Source: Leucoraja erinacea (taxonomy: Eukaryota). From it: DNA of 64,000 bases. The notes below the pieces were generated by a model, which saw nothing but the letters and a program-made list of their open reading frames with translations, was not told the origin of the DNA and did no database searches. The translations under genes and the position numbers were made by a program. How positions within the stretch are numbered: the stretch's first letter is position 1; every line of letters starts with the position of its first letter. The stretch covers positions 13,020,001-13,084,000 of the forward strand of contig NC_073403.1 in NCBI RefSeq assembly GCF_028641065.1, read 5' to 3'. Positions 25,056 through 38,530 of the stretch are shown here, piece by piece.

Positions 25056-25240
25056 TAAGAAGGAACTGCAGATGCTGGAAAATCGAAGGCACACAAAAAT
25101 GCTGGAGAAACTCAGCGGGTGCAGCAGCATCTATGGAGCAAAGGAGATAGGCAACGTTTCGGCCCGAAACATTGCCTATCTCCTTCGCATCCATAGATGC
25201 TGCTGCACCCGCTGAGTTTCTCCAGCATTTTTGTGTACCT
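25056..25240. mobile_element. Palindromic PLE terminal-repeat insertion
   Basis: Arms meet at ggcaacgtttcggcccgaaacattgcc, and the flanks repeat caacacatt. Confidence 0.8.
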
Positions 25241-25304
25241 TTAGCAACACATTACACTGATAGGGAGTTCACCTGCACCTCAATGGCAACACTATTTCAT
25301 CCGT

Positions 25305-25618
25305 GGGGTGGGACAGTGGTAGAGTTGCTGCCTTACAGCGCAAGGGCCCCAGGTCCCAGGTTCGATCCTGACTACGGGTGCTTGTCGGTACGTAGTTTGT
25401 ACATTTTCCCCGTGACCCGAGTGGGTTTTTGCTGAGATCTTCGGTTTCCTCCCACACTCCAAAGACATACAGATTTGTAGGTTAAATGGCTTGGTATAAA
25501 TGTAAAATTGTCCTTAGTGTGTCGATTGTGTTAATGTGCAGGGATTGTTGGTCGATGCGGACTCAGTAGACCGAAGGCACTGTTTCCCTGCTGTGACTCT
25601 AAACTAAGAAACTAAACT
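25305..25618 (+). mobile_element. tRNA-derived SINE (V-SINE/HE1-like); further partial copies at ~25875-26190
   Basis: B box ggttcgatcc, central domain and (ctaaa)n tail. Confidence 0.85.
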
Positions 25619-26191
25619 ATCTCATACATTCCTTTGTTCAACCCAATTATCCTCCCCTACTTTCACTGCTACCTAGACCAATGTGCTGTTCTGCCTTTCT
25701 CAGCACCGATTAAGTGTCTACGACCTGAAATGTTCATTGTTTTTCTTTTCATCGATACCACACCTGCTGAGATTCGCTAGCATTTTCTGCAGAAGTGATT
25801 ACAAGATGATACGTGGGATCAATAATGGCAGGGTCAAGAATAATACTGAGCAGGCGTAAAAAAAACCCTGACTGCGTATGTTTTCCCCAGGTGCTCCGGT
25901 TTCCTCCCACACTCCATGTATAGGTTTGGAGGTTAATTGGCTTCAGTAAAGATTGTAAATTGTCCTAGTGTGTAGGACAGTGCTGCTCAGTGTGAACTCA
26001 TTGAGCGGAAGGGCCTGTTTCCGCATTGTACCTCCAAACTCGACTAAACTAAGATGCTGTAAATTGCCTCAAGTGTGTAGGTGGCGGTTGAATCTGCAGG
26101 GTATGTGGGGGAGAATAACATGGGTTAAGTTTGGAATCATGTAAAAATGGTGGCTTGATAGTCAGTGTGGACTTGGTGGGTTAAAGGGTTT

Positions 26192-26431
26192 GTTTACGCA
26201 GAGAGTGGTGAATCTGTGGAATTATCTGCCACAGAAGGTAGTTGAGGCCACAGTTCATTGGCTATATTTAAGAGGGAGTTAGATGTGGCCCTTGTGGCTA
26301 AAGGGATCAGGGGGTATGGAGAGAAGGCAGGTACAGGATACTGAGTTGGATGCTCAGCCATGATCATTTCGTATGGCGGTGCAGGCTCGAATGGCCTACT
26401 CTGCACCTATTTTCTATGTTTCTATGTTTCC
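26192..26431 (+). mobile_element. CR1 3' tail
   Basis: cagagagtggtgaatctgtggaatt...ctattttctatgtttctatgtttc. Confidence 0.9.
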
Positions 26432-26449
26432 GCTATTCCACCAAGGGGC

Positions 26450-27600
26450 TAGCAGTCCCTTTATGACTCCATGACCAGAAGAGTAACGCAGATAAGTGCA
26501 TGATGGGAGAGATGGTGCAGGAGAGAGGGTGCAGGAGAGAGGGCTTCAGATTCCTGGGGCAATGGGACTGACTCTGGGCAGTGGGACCTAAGGGGTGGGC
26601 CTCACCAGGCAAACTGCACTTTTTTGACCAATTTTTATGGCTTTGGGAGTGTAGTTGGGATTGGGCCAGCAAGAGTTGGGAAACACAGTACAGATTTAGA
26701 ATGGGGGAAGAACGGGACAGGAAATAGATGCAGACCAAACTAAGACAAGGAAACAGACAAAACGGGGAAGTCCAGAGGTGTTTGATGTTTTATATACCTG
26801 GAGTATGTAAGGAGTTTATTGAACAGGACAAGATGCTGAAGGCACTGGCAGACTTGTTGAAAAATGATACTGCAGCCATTACTGGCTACTACTAGGGTCA
26901 AAGAGGAACAGAACAGGCAGGTTATTGTTTCTGATTACAGGAGTTAGCAGACGTAGTATTGTGGGGTAGAAAGGGGTTTCACGGAGGAATCAGGAGGGAA
27001 GGATAGGAAGGACAATATTAGTTAATTAAACAAGCACAGTGTGAAAGGGTTACAACATTTTCCATTTGGGGCCAGATTGATTCAAGTAAATAAGATAATA
27101 AAGATAAAAAGAAAAAATGACATTGTTAAGAATTTGCTAAAGGCTTCGAAGAGAGGAAGGGATTTGTTTCCAGAGTTCTGATAAGTACAGAAGCACTCAC
27201 CGACAGTGGGGAATTGAGGTTATTTTGATAGTAGTTGGGAAAGTGTCCTGGTAAAAATGTTTGTAAATTAGATTCAGAAGTTTCCTAGGCATGATAAAGC
27301 AAGCCAGAAAAGAGGTTGGGAATAATTCTGGATTTAGATTTATACTGTGAAATGGAGTTGGCTAGATGGAAGTTGCATCAGGAGAGTTTTAAAGTTATCA
27401 TAATTCTTTTAGATTTAGCATAAATATGTTAGTTATGGAAAGAGAGGAAGATGTAATAGGCAAGTCAATGACAGAAAGTTATTTAACATGTGGAAACAGC
27501 TACTTGAAGAAGAATCAGTCTTGGAGCAACGGGAGGGACATTTTCACGAAGGAAGAGTGTTCCAACCAAATCTATAGCCCCTTGATTTTCAGGATGAGGA
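26450..27600 (+). mobile_element. Ancient CR1 remnant (ORF1 end / ORF2 start)
   Basis: CRREGFRFLGQWD-type ORF1 trace at ~26510-26570 and ILDL-type endonuclease traces, highly decayed. Confidence 0.45.
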
Positions 27601-29394
27601 AAGGATAAGAGAAGGCAGCTGTTTCAATTTTCCACCCCGCACCCACTCTATCTCTGTTCTTCTGCACTAGTCCACTGGCTGTCTTTGTGATGTTGGAGAT
27701 GGCCAATATTAATTCCTTGCAACAAATATGCTCCTATTCACCAGTGTGGGTTCCATTAGTAAGTTTAAATACTACTTGCTGACAGAACCAACACAAACTA
27801 CTCTCCTCCCAGTAGTCCTTTGTTCATTCAGCCCCATCCACCCGCTGTGGGCATGAGTGACTGCCTGGGTCTTTGTTTTGCACTCTGCATATTTTTCACT
27901 CTTCAATAAATATTTCAGAGCAGTGCTGGGCCACTTCATTCATTTGGAAAGTGTGGTTATAGTGACAGAGATGTTTGTAGTGGAAATGCACTTAGTTAAA
28001 TTGATTCTTGTTTTGTTTTTGTGTGGGAAAGAACTGCAGATGCTTGTTTAAATCGAAGATAGACACAAAAATGCTGAAGTAACTCAGTAGGACAGGCAGC
28101 TTCTCTGGAGAGAATAAATGGGTGATGTTTCACGTCAAGACCCTTCTTCAGATACTATTTTATTTTTGGTATGGAAAGCAACTGATGGTAAGGAGTTACA
28201 AACTTGAGCAAGATAGATTTTTTTCTTTAGGAAGGCTCTAAAAGTCTCCTTCCTCTCAGATGTCATAGAATCATAGCTGCAGAGCATGTCATATTTACAT
28301 TAAGTACAGCTCTCCAACTTTAATTGCTGCCCCCTCCGCACACACACACACACACACAAACCAGAAGCACTCATGCTGCCCACTTACACACCTTGTGCAC
28401 CAGGGACAACTTTAATAAGCAGAACAAGCAACAAACAAATATTAAAACTGCTGAAGCAAACTCGATTTATTTCTGGAAAAGCCTAACAGGTTATGACCAA
28501 TGATGTTTATTTATTTAGTCATGCGTTGTGGGCAAGGCAGCAGCACCAACTCAAACTATCCTGACCCTCAATCCACTTTACCCTTTACACATTCAGTGTT
28601 ACAACAAAAAACATGTTTCTTTCTCTCCAGCATGAAAGATTACAACCTTCAATACCTTTTGAATTCCATGTATTCATCTGGGTTCTCTCTTGCTTGATTT
28701 TTCTCCCATTCTATCTGTGACAACAGTTACAACCTTTGCCATGTTTGGAGTATCTTTTCCTATCATTGGGTCTATGACCTCCCAGTGGGGCATCCACAGC
28801 AGAGACCTTTGTGGTAGAGGGCATGTACTGTAGGTGTGAGCAGTAGGGTCTCCTGAAAAAATGATTAATAGTTGTAGATTAGATTGATTAATCTTTTGTG
28901 GCTCCTTTTTACTACTTCATTACAAAGTATCTGCAAGACTTGCCAACTTGGAAAACATTTTCCTCTTCTCTTCAATGTGAGTTCTGTAGACCCTCTCTCA
29001 CTTCTCCTCTTCCGTGGTCACAACTGTTCTTCTGCTTTTTGACCAGGTTCTTTTGTATTACTACGTCTATGTATCTTTCCTCAGTAGTCGTCTTATACTG
29101 CCATATACATTCCAGTTTGGCCCCCAACCAGTATCTCAAGTCAGTCAGTTCAACACTTCTCCTTACAGCTTTCCCTCCATGTCCTATGATCCACCATCTC
29201 TGCCATCATTGGTACATTTTTTTTTTCTTCCCACTGCTCCAGTCCTTGCTGAACATTTTACAGAACATGTGCGTTCTGTCCCAAAAGTCATCCCAATCTT
29301 CCTGTTTCATGCCATTTCAACTCCCCTTCCCATTCTGACTATCTATCCTCAGCCACCTCCATTGCCAGGGAGAGGTCCAATGCAAATTTGAGAA

Positions 29395-29846
29395 ACAACA
29401 CCTGCAAAAAGTTGTAAACACTGCCCAGGCCATCACCGGCTCTGACCTCCCCACCATCGAGGGGATCTATCACAGTCGCTGCCTCAAAAAGGCTGCCAAC
29501 ATCATCAAGGACTCACACCCTCCTGGCCACACACTCATCTCTCCGCTGCCATCAGGTAGAAGGTACAGGAGCCTGAAATCTGCAACATCCAGGTTCATTA
29601 ACAGCTTCTTCCCCACAGCCACCAGACTATTAAACACAACTTCAATCAAACTCTGAACTATAACAGCCTATTGCACTTTATCTGTTTATTTATGTGTATA
29701 TATATGGTCTATGGTATATAAACACACTGATCTGTTCTGTATTTATGCCTACAATATTCTGTTGTGCTGCAGCAAGCAAAGCAAGAATTTCATTATCCTA
29801 TCAGGGACACATGACAATAAACATTCTTGACTTGACTTGACTTGAG
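29395..29846 (+). mobile_element. Rex1/Babar-like LINE 3' fragment
   Basis: LQKVVNTAQAITGSDLPTIEGIY.SRCLKKAANIIKDSHPPGH.LISPLPSGRRYRSL..SRFINSFFPTA, then tgacaataaa and a (cttga)n tail. Confidence 0.85.
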
Positions 29847-30037
29847 ATAGTCCACAATCTAATGGTATGAATACTGAATTTGCAAAATTTCAGATAATCC
29901 TTTCCACTGCATTTCCCTCTCTCCATTTCCAGTTCACCTCTGGTCCTTCCATTTTATTCCTTTTCCCATACCCTGCTCCAGCTACACCATGGTCTATTTT
30001 CAGCCGTTCCTTCCTCCTCCTGATTCTATTACCTACC

Positions 30038-30533
30038 AATAGACAATAGATAATAGGTGCAGGAGTAGGCCATTCGGCCCTTAGAGCCAGCATCGCCATT
30101 CAATGTGATCATGGCTGATCATCCCCAATCAATACCCCGTTCCTGCCTTCTCCCCATATCCCCTGACTCCGCTATTTTTAAGAGCCCTATGTAGCTCTCT
30201 CTTGAAAGCATCCAGAGAACCTGCCTCCACCAAACCTCTGAGGCAGAGAATTCCACAGACTCACCACTCCCTGTGAGCAAAAGTGTTTCCTCGTCTCCGT
30301 TCTAAATGGCTTACTACTTATTCTTAAACTGTGACCCCTGGTTCTGGACTCCCCCAACATCGGGAACATGTTTCCTGCCTCTAGCGTGTCCAAACCCTTA
30401 ACAACCTTATTTGTTTCAATGAGATACCCTCTCATCCTTCTAAACTCCAGAGTGTACAAGCCCAGCTGTTTAATTCTCTCAGCATATGACAGTCCCGCCA
30501 TCCGGGGAGTTAACCTTGTAAACCTATGCTGCA
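30038..30533 (-). mobile_element. CR1 LINE 3' fragment
   Basis: ORF 30187-30543 (RFTRL..GLSYAER..LGLYTLEFRRMRG) and (ctattgt)n tail; same subfamily as 59200-61440. Confidence 0.92.
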
Positions 30534-31612
30534 CCACCCACATATTTCAACCACTGGATTCTCCCCTCCCCAACCACCAATCACTCACTAGACCCTGTCC
30601 TACACATTCCCTCTTCTCTTTATACTGGCTATCTTTCGTCTCCACATTCAATCCTGATGCAAGGTTTTAACCTGAAATGCCGACAATTCAAATCACCCCT
30701 CATAGATGCTGCTCGACCCATTGAGCTCCTCTAGTACATTGTTGCTCCAGATTCCATCATCTGCAGCTTCTTGTGTCCCTGGGTTTATAGTAATTGACGA
30801 CAGTCAAGAAAAATTAGAATGAGGAATATGTGACAAAATTGGTTCCTTCAACATGTTGTTGTATTCTGTGATCATTGTCAACAAATCATATAGTCCCTCA
30901 ACAGGTCACGCTACACCTGTGCAACGAAAAACAGTTAAAGTTCGATGAAGGATCTTTGACCTGAAGGAGTAACTCTGTTTCCCATTCACCTAATGCTGTC
31001 CGAACTCCTGAGCATGTCCAACATTTTCCCTTTTGTGTTCAGTTTTCCAGCATCTGCAGTTGTTTATTTTCATATCACCTTAGTGCATTGAAATAAGGGA
31101 AGTCAGTCCATCACACTTTGGCCATTTCAGCATCAGCTGATTCACAGCTGGACCAGATGATGTATGGAACCTTGAGGAATGAGAAGGAAGAATGAGAATG
31201 AAATGGTCTTTGTAGATGTGCAGAGGGACATAAAATATTCTACAGTAACCATAATGAAAATAAAGTAAGATGGTTCCCTCCAATATTCTGGGCAATATTA
31301 GGGAGAAATCCATTTTGTGAGATTTCCTGCTACATTCAATAAGATTGACCAGAGGACAGGCAGGAAATCTGATGGAATGAATGCATTCCACTTCTTTCTA
31401 CTGCTACTTGTATGTTGCTCGTTGACAGGGAGGGGGCAATGTTGTCCCCAGTGGAATCACTGCTGGGGCATACTGGCGAGGCAGTGAAGTGGTGATGGCC
31501 TGTGTTTGCTAACAGTGTAATATACCCAAGATGTTGGTTTACTGCATCAGTAATACAATAAACTTGCATTTTTGTACCAGCTTTAATGAGCTCAGAATGT
31601 CATAAAGCACTT

Positions 31613-31846
31613 CCCATCAGAACTGCCCCCTCCATCGACTCTTTTAAGTCGAGACTTAAAACTCATCTTTACTATCAAGCCTTTCTTGACGTCCTCTGAG
31701 GGAGGACTATATGTATGTATTTATGTATGTACTTAATCTATGAACCACTGTTGTATAACGTTAGTACCTCCACCAATGTAAAGCACTTTGGTCAACGAGA
31801 GTTGTTTTTTAAATGTGCTATATAAATAAAAGTGACTTGACTTGAC
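31613..31846 (+). mobile_element. L2-type LINE 3' end
   Basis: FKSRLKTHL-type C-terminus, tgtaaagcactttg...aatgtgctatataaataaa stem-loop, and (gactt)n tail. Confidence 0.7.
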
Positions 31847-32311
31847 GACTTTAAACTCTGTTTAAATGTGGTGGTTGGTGTAGGCAAGAAAATGTACAAT
31901 AAACTTGCACACCACATACTACAAGCATGACCAGATGATGCATCTCAGCGATGGTACTTGAAGGATAACTATTTTGCAGAATATTGGGAAGAACTCCCTT
32001 AATCTCCTTCAGCATCTCCTTCTATCTGAGGAAACAGACTCAGTTCAACATCTCTATCCAAAGATGGTTATCCCAGTAGTATTTCACTGCAGCATCATCC
32101 TGGGTTTTTGTACACGATTCCTCTTGAGCTCACACCCTTTTGACTAGGAGGGAACAATGAAAGATGGATGACTCCTGGTAGCAGATTCCAGAAGTCCAAA
32201 GAATTTGAGTTCAAATCGTCCAACCATAGGTGAGAATGTGAATTTAGATTAAATAAGTAGATTGGAAGCAGAAAGCTGGCCTTAATAAAGGTTGATGAAT
32301 TGTTGTGAATT

Positions 32312-32440
32312 GGCTGAAGAAGGGTTTCGGCCCGAAACGTTGCCTATCTCCTTCGCTCCATAGATGCTGCTGCACCTGCTGAGTTTCTCCAGCATTTTTG
32401 TGTACCTTCGATTTTCCAGCATCTGCAGTTCTCTCTTTAA
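32312..32440 (+). mobile_element. PLE terminal-repeat insertion with intact CTGAAGA...GAAA motif
   Basis: ctgaagaagggtttcggcccgaaacgttgcc; the flanks repeat atgaattgttgt. Confidence 0.75.
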
Positions 32441-34951
32441 TATGAATTGTTGTTAGTTTACTCATTGTAGGTTACAAATCCTGCTGCCGTTTAGCTGATC
32501 TGACCTTTGTGTAGCTCCCGTCCCACACAAACTTGAAAAGCCCTGGGAAACATTCTCATTAGCCACCCACCTCTATTACATTACTTGCACTGGTTGAGAA
32601 ATGTCATCCACCACCATTGAGTCATCAGAGCAATAGGGAATAGCTGGTCATGTCTGTGTCCTGAGAGGAAATAGGAAAAAAAACATTTTTTCGAAGGACA
32701 ACATCATTACCATCAAAATGGACAACGTGAAGAAAGGAGTTTGTACGTTATCCCTGTTACACGTGGGATTACTCTGGGTGTTCCGGTTTCCATCCACACT
32801 TCAAAGACATGCAGGATTGTAGGTTAATTGGCTTCTGTAAATTGCCCCTAATGTGCAGGATAGAATTGTTGGGTGATTTATGGTCAGTGTAGGATAGAAG
32901 TGTATGGGTGATTGACGGTCAGTATGGACTTGGTGGGCCGAAGGGCCTGTTTCCATGCTGTATCTCTAACAACTATTTTTTTAAATGATAAAGCAACAAC
33001 AGTAAGTTTGATATCTGTTTGTATTGATGTCTTCATCATAAAGTCACATATTGTCTTGAGTTTGATTTTATCACTTCTAGAATGCCAGAATCCTTTTTGC
33101 AACACCATTGGGGCATTCCATGTTTCTCGTATTCATTTCCTACAACACCATAGGAGACCATTTAATTCACCAACTCACCAAGTTTTTAGAATAATCCCAC
33201 CGATCATATTCAGTTTGGTTTAGTTAGAGATGCAGCACAAAAACAACCCTTTTGGCCCACCAAGTCTACACTGATCACCCATTCACACTAGTTCTATGTT
33301 ATCCCATTTTCCCATCCACTGCCTACCATTAATTTACAGAGGCTGATTAACCTACAAACCTGTAAAAGGAGGGCAAACTGAGAGATCAGTTGTAAATGAC
33401 ATGCTGAAACAAAGAAAAGTGATCTATTGTGTAGTGTAATTGCTGTATCAATGTAGTGGATGATTGCAGCCAATTTGTGCATGGCAAGGTTCCACGTATA
33501 ATGAAATAGTGACCAGATAGTTTGTTTAATAGAGTTGTTTGGGAGATAACTGATTGTAAGGATAATGGGGAGATCGCCACTGCAGTCCAGTGAAAGATTT
33601 AATGTGCAGCTGAGAGAGTTCGGTCTTTGATTTGTCTACAGTATAGCAGTGAAGTATAGATTATGTGTTTATATCCAGAATGGGATTGGAATCTCCAGAG
33701 GAGGCTCAGCAATGAAGGTGCAAAATGAATCACAGCAGGGACACTAAGGAGCGATTGAATATTTTATTATTTATTGTTGTCCTGGGACTCCAACAGTATG
33801 ACAATATTGTAATTCCTGACAAGTTCTGATGTTGAATAATTGTGGTTTTGGTTGATTTGTTCGGAGACTGAACAAGAGTACCCTGGTTTTGAAATATTAC
33901 GTTCCTTCAGATTCACAACTAATTTTGGTAAGTTATTTACTTCAGCAAAAGCAGAGCATTATAAATTGATGTTTTATAATACATCACTGGATGTGCAGAA
34001 TGAAAATGTCTTTTGCATCTGGATTTTATCATTTGCTCCATAAGGCGATGTTGTTACTTGCTGAGATGAAAATTTGATCCGTTCTTACATGAAATAAAAA
34101 CATTGCACCAGTTCCTTGTACCTGCCTAGTTATCTCATTATACCAACATATTGAGCTGTGAAAACAATACCTTGATTGAAAGAACTGCATCAAACTGACA
34201 CCACCACCTGAAGAGAACTCACATTGATTCTTTCAGCATATTGTGGGATATCTTTTCCTCTCTGCTTCAACACTTTGTCAAGTCCACTTGTGTTTGAAGA
34301 TGTTACTGAACACACTGAGGGTGTGTTTGCTGAATACTAATATCATTGTTTTCAATCTTGCTAAATTTTTAATGAAATGCATCAGTTTCATTTGCAGAAG
34401 GTTAACACTCAGGGATTTCCAATTTGGGGAATCGGCAGCCAATTATCATGGAGAATGAATGCCCAACTGCAATCCAGACTCAGCAGGGAGAAGAGGGATA
34501 TAGGTTAGTGCAGGAACAAGATTATGTTAGTAATTGAAGGTGCTGCAGTGGGGATCAGAATGACAGAGTTGAGTGAAAGCAATTTCCCACTAGTGAATTC
34601 TATGTTCTGATTTTACAAGACAGTTCCATTTTCTGTCTATCTCCAGTTGAAAATGTCATTGCCTCAATTAAAAAAAAAGATATTTTGTAGAATTAAGAAG
34701 CTCAGCGGAAGCAGGCAATTAAAACCTCCCTTATTACCAAGTCCTGGCAACAAACTCATTGCACTCTATGAGTTAAACCTTGCGAGGAATAAAAACAAAA
34801 GACAACCATACAGAAGGGAGCATTATTAGCCAATGGCACAGCCAAGCTGATCAACAAATAGCCATTTTAGGAGAAGAAATAAAAGAAAAAGGATAATTCA
34901 AACATGAAAGCCAATAAGGTGGGAAATTACTATGCGGATAACCATAAACCG

Positions 34952-35085
34952 TTCTTGCGTATGGCGTGCACAGCCTAAAGTTGTAGGACAACTTGTTCTA
35001 TTTGACCTTATTTGATAGTGCACACCAGGTTGATTGCATTTGTCAAAACAGTGCTGACCATGTGAAGGTTGGATTCTCCCACCCC
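34952..35085 (-). mobile_element. Short retroposon headed by an HDV-like ribozyme, older copy
   Basis: Near-identical to 50076-50214. The 5' end reads GGGGTGGGAGAATCCAACCTTCACATGGTCAGCACTG, with several pairing-breaking substitutions. Confidence 0.7.
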
Positions 35086-35771
35086 AAATGGGGGTGATAT
35101 GTTGAGCTGAACCCTAACTGATGGAGCCTCTAACAAGAAAATAAAACACACAGACTGTGAGAATCCAGTGCACTAGGCACGGGTCCAACCAGCTGTGGCT
35201 CATTGGGTACTGCCCTTGCCCCAGTCAGAGTAGTCCTGGGTCTGATCACAACTCCGGGGACTTCAGCACAATACCAGAACCTGCACCAACAATGACTACC
35301 CTTCAAAAGAACTTCTTACCATTAAAAGGTTTTTGCAGTGACTCCAGGTTGTGAAAAGTTCAACTAAGCAACCAAGTAATAACAGAAATGAGAAAGGAAA
35401 AGAAGAAAGAAAAAGTCTGGATTTTATTTGGTTCTTTGGTGGTCTGCTGGTGGTTGGATGAAGGGGAAAGTGAGGAACTCCTATCTCACCTGTTCAAATG
35501 CTGGGCTTGCATCATGATGCATTTTTATTCGGCGGCATTGATGTTGCTGGAATGGGAGAATGAATCGACTTCTACATTCATTGGACATTGTTTGGCAACA
35601 AACACATAAGCCACTTATCAAACAGTGATCCGAGAATGCAAGTCATAAATTAGTTTGCAAAAGAACACACATGCAAGTGTATTCAGGCCACTTTTTAAGT
35701 GTGTAATTTTTCTCAGTGCTTAATTCTACCATTTAGTTGCATTGAAACAGCTTTTTGTACATTTATTCTAA

Positions 35772-36174
35772 ATGGCCTGTCCCTTCAGATTTTTTTGACG
35801 ACTGTCATTGTCGTAGAGGTCGCCGATGAAAACTGGCGACTGGACTAATGGGCCTGTCCCACTTAGGCGACTTTTTAGGCGACAGCTGGTGACTACGACA
35901 ATGGAATTCACCGAAGTCAGCACCGACAACAACCTACGCCATCCTGGCGACAACCTACGACAGCACATACATCAGGAGAAGACAAGCTACAACAAGCCCA
36001 TGGTCGGCGACTGTCGCCGAAAGGTTTTGAACATTTCAAAATCCAACAGCGACCAGAAAAACACTATGACTCTTTAGGCAACCGAGGAGACTACTGACGA
36101 TCATACAGGCGACCGTGTGGCGACAGCCTATTTGTTGGCAGTCACCTAAAACATTGCCTAAGTGGGGCAAGCCC
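35772..36174. mobile_element. PIF/Harbinger-like MITE with duplicated left terminus
   Basis: Inverted termini gggcctgtcccacttaggc (35850) and gcctaagtggggcaagccc (36174), a second TIR-like start at ~35772, taa-like flanks and internal ggcgac/gtcgcc repeats. Confidence 0.65.
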
Positions 36175-37734
36175 TAAGGATCAGAACTGACCCCAAAGGG
36201 ACTTCCAATAAAAAAAACCATACTCACTAATATACCTGGAGGAAGAGGGCATAGGTGGTTCATTTGCAATTTTCCCCCCAGCTAATCTGATTTACTGAAT
36301 TTGCACAAAATCTGGGAGGGGGTGGGGGGTTGCTGTGTTCTGGAAAAGTCATTAGCATTAGAATCGTCACACTGGGGGAAATAGGGTAACTGCTCCTGTG
36401 AAAGATCTAAATACCCTGTTGGACATAATGGTGGAAGTTTCTCCACAAAGAGCTCCAATTACTATTGCACATTAAGGTGAGCAGCTACCAGCATTCCCTT
36501 TTGACTCTGCACACATCTTGTTGTATTCGTTGTACCAATCTGTTTCTGCAATATCAGACCATCTACAAGTCAATTAATCATCAAGAAACCAGCCAACCAA
36601 TTAACCAATATACCAATTAGCTAATTATCTGTAGCGTTACCGAAACAATCAACCAAACATCTAATTAGCTGTGCTATGTAAAATCATTGTTAAGTTGTGT
36701 AAAATTACATGCATTCAATTCTAAGTGTGTGTCTATATAAAACATAATTACAAAAAAAAATGTATGGTTTATATTTGTTCTAGTTTGGTGTAGTCTACAT
36801 ATAGAGTTAATATTTTGCACAAACTTTGGAGCTAATGGCTATGACATAAATGTCGATTAAAGGCTAGAATTTATAATATGATTTTCTTAAATGCACAAAG
36901 ACTGTATTCATTTTTGAAGGGGGAATGTAGGAGGATAATCTCATTTCACAGACTAGTGATAGAATCATGAATTTGATCCATTTCAATAATAAGGTTTTCC
37001 CCGTGAACATTGAGACCAGCTCTTCTGAATTAATTATTGTTTGGTGAAAACGGTAATAAACTTTCAAATTTACTGTGACCACAATCTTCAAGCACATCTT
37101 TACTTCAATAAATATGTCTTCACACTCTGAAATTTGGATTTGTAATGGCATGACGTCGCAGAAAGAGACTCCATTTAATATTTTGGAATTAAAACCTGTC
37201 CAACTGTTAAATTGTTATAAAATTATCCAGACTCTATCATGTTATGTTTCCGCCGAGGACGGAAATGTAATCACATTACATTGTAATTACTTTAAGAATA
37301 TAATTCATGCTCATTTAATTTATTCTCACTTCCATTCCATCCCCACTAACCCACTGCAGATTTTGGTTTCTTCCTAAACCATCCTTTTCAGAGGCAGAAG
37401 TTCTCTATGCAACAAAATTAATTTCCATTTTCACATACTCCCACTTGTGTTCCCTTTTGAAAACATCAGTAGTTTTTTTTATCTGTAGTACCTCTAGCAG
37501 TTCGTTTTTACATCCCGTGGCACCTTGGGTTTCTCCCAATCACCCATTGAAAAATTATTCCATTGTCTTAATTTGCAATACACTGATTCCGTTTAGGGGG
37601 ATATGCTTTTGGTTTTGTTGATGTACATTTAACAAGGTAGCCAGCCTTTGTGAGTTAAAGTCTCAGAGTCATTCGGGCAGAAACATGTCTGGCTCATTGT
37701 GTCTATGCTTGGCTATCAATCGCCACTTACAAAA

Positions 37735-38530
37735 GAAGGTGCTGGAGTAACTGAGTGTGTCGGGCAGCATCTCTGGAAGACAAGGACAGGCATCGTTTTG
37801 GATCGGTACTCTTCCTCAGACTGATTGTAGTCGGGGAAAGAAAGCTGGAAAAGAGATGGGGTCAGGGCAGAGCCTGGCAAATGTAAACGGATACAGGTGA
37901 GGGGTTGGGGGTGATTGGTAGAAAGGCTTGAGATGAAAAGGAGACATAAGGATGTCAAGTCAAGTCAAGTCAAGTTTATTTGTCACATACACATACGAGA
38001 TGTGCAGTGAAATGAAAGTGGCAATGCTCGCGGACTTTTGTGCAAAAGACAAACAACAAAACAACCAAACAAATTATAAACACAATCATAACACATATTC
38101 TTTTACATAATAAATAGTAGAAGGAAAAACGTTCTGTAGAGTTAGTCCCTGGTGAGAAAGGCGTTTACAGTCCGAATTGCCTCTGGGAAGAAACTCCTTC
38201 TCAACCTCTCCGTTCTCACTGCATGGCAACGGAGGCGTTTGCCTGACCATAGCGGCTGGAACAGTCCGTTGCAGGGGTGGAAGAGGTCTCTCATGATGGT
38301 CATGAGAGACCTCTTCTCTCATGGAAGAGGTCAGACAAGGAGTAAAATGTAAAGCCAGATTGAGGAAGATAGGTTGAAAGGGAGGGGGAAGTAGGTAGAG
38401 TGGGAGAAATGGGTGTGCACTCGGGTGGGTCATAGGAAAGAGAGGAGGGAAAGGGGGTAGGTGGGGGGTGGGGGGTGGGGGGAAGGTTTCACCTTAAATT
38501 GGAGAATTGACATCTTAGTTGTAAGCTACC
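37735..38530 (-). mobile_element. PLE 3' region (terminal repeat plus GA-rich body) with nested LINE tail at 37956-38295
   Basis: gctggagtaactgagtg...cttcctcagactga head, purine-rich body and ttaaattggagaatt end, interrupted by a (caagt)n-tailed insert. Confidence 0.6.

Noticed and set aside
33911-33927. Possible + strand micro-exon (ttccttcag|ATTCACAACTAATTTTG|gtaagt)
   Set aside because: The splice-like words are good, but no partner exons or recognisable peptide were found; this is expected by chance in 64 kb.
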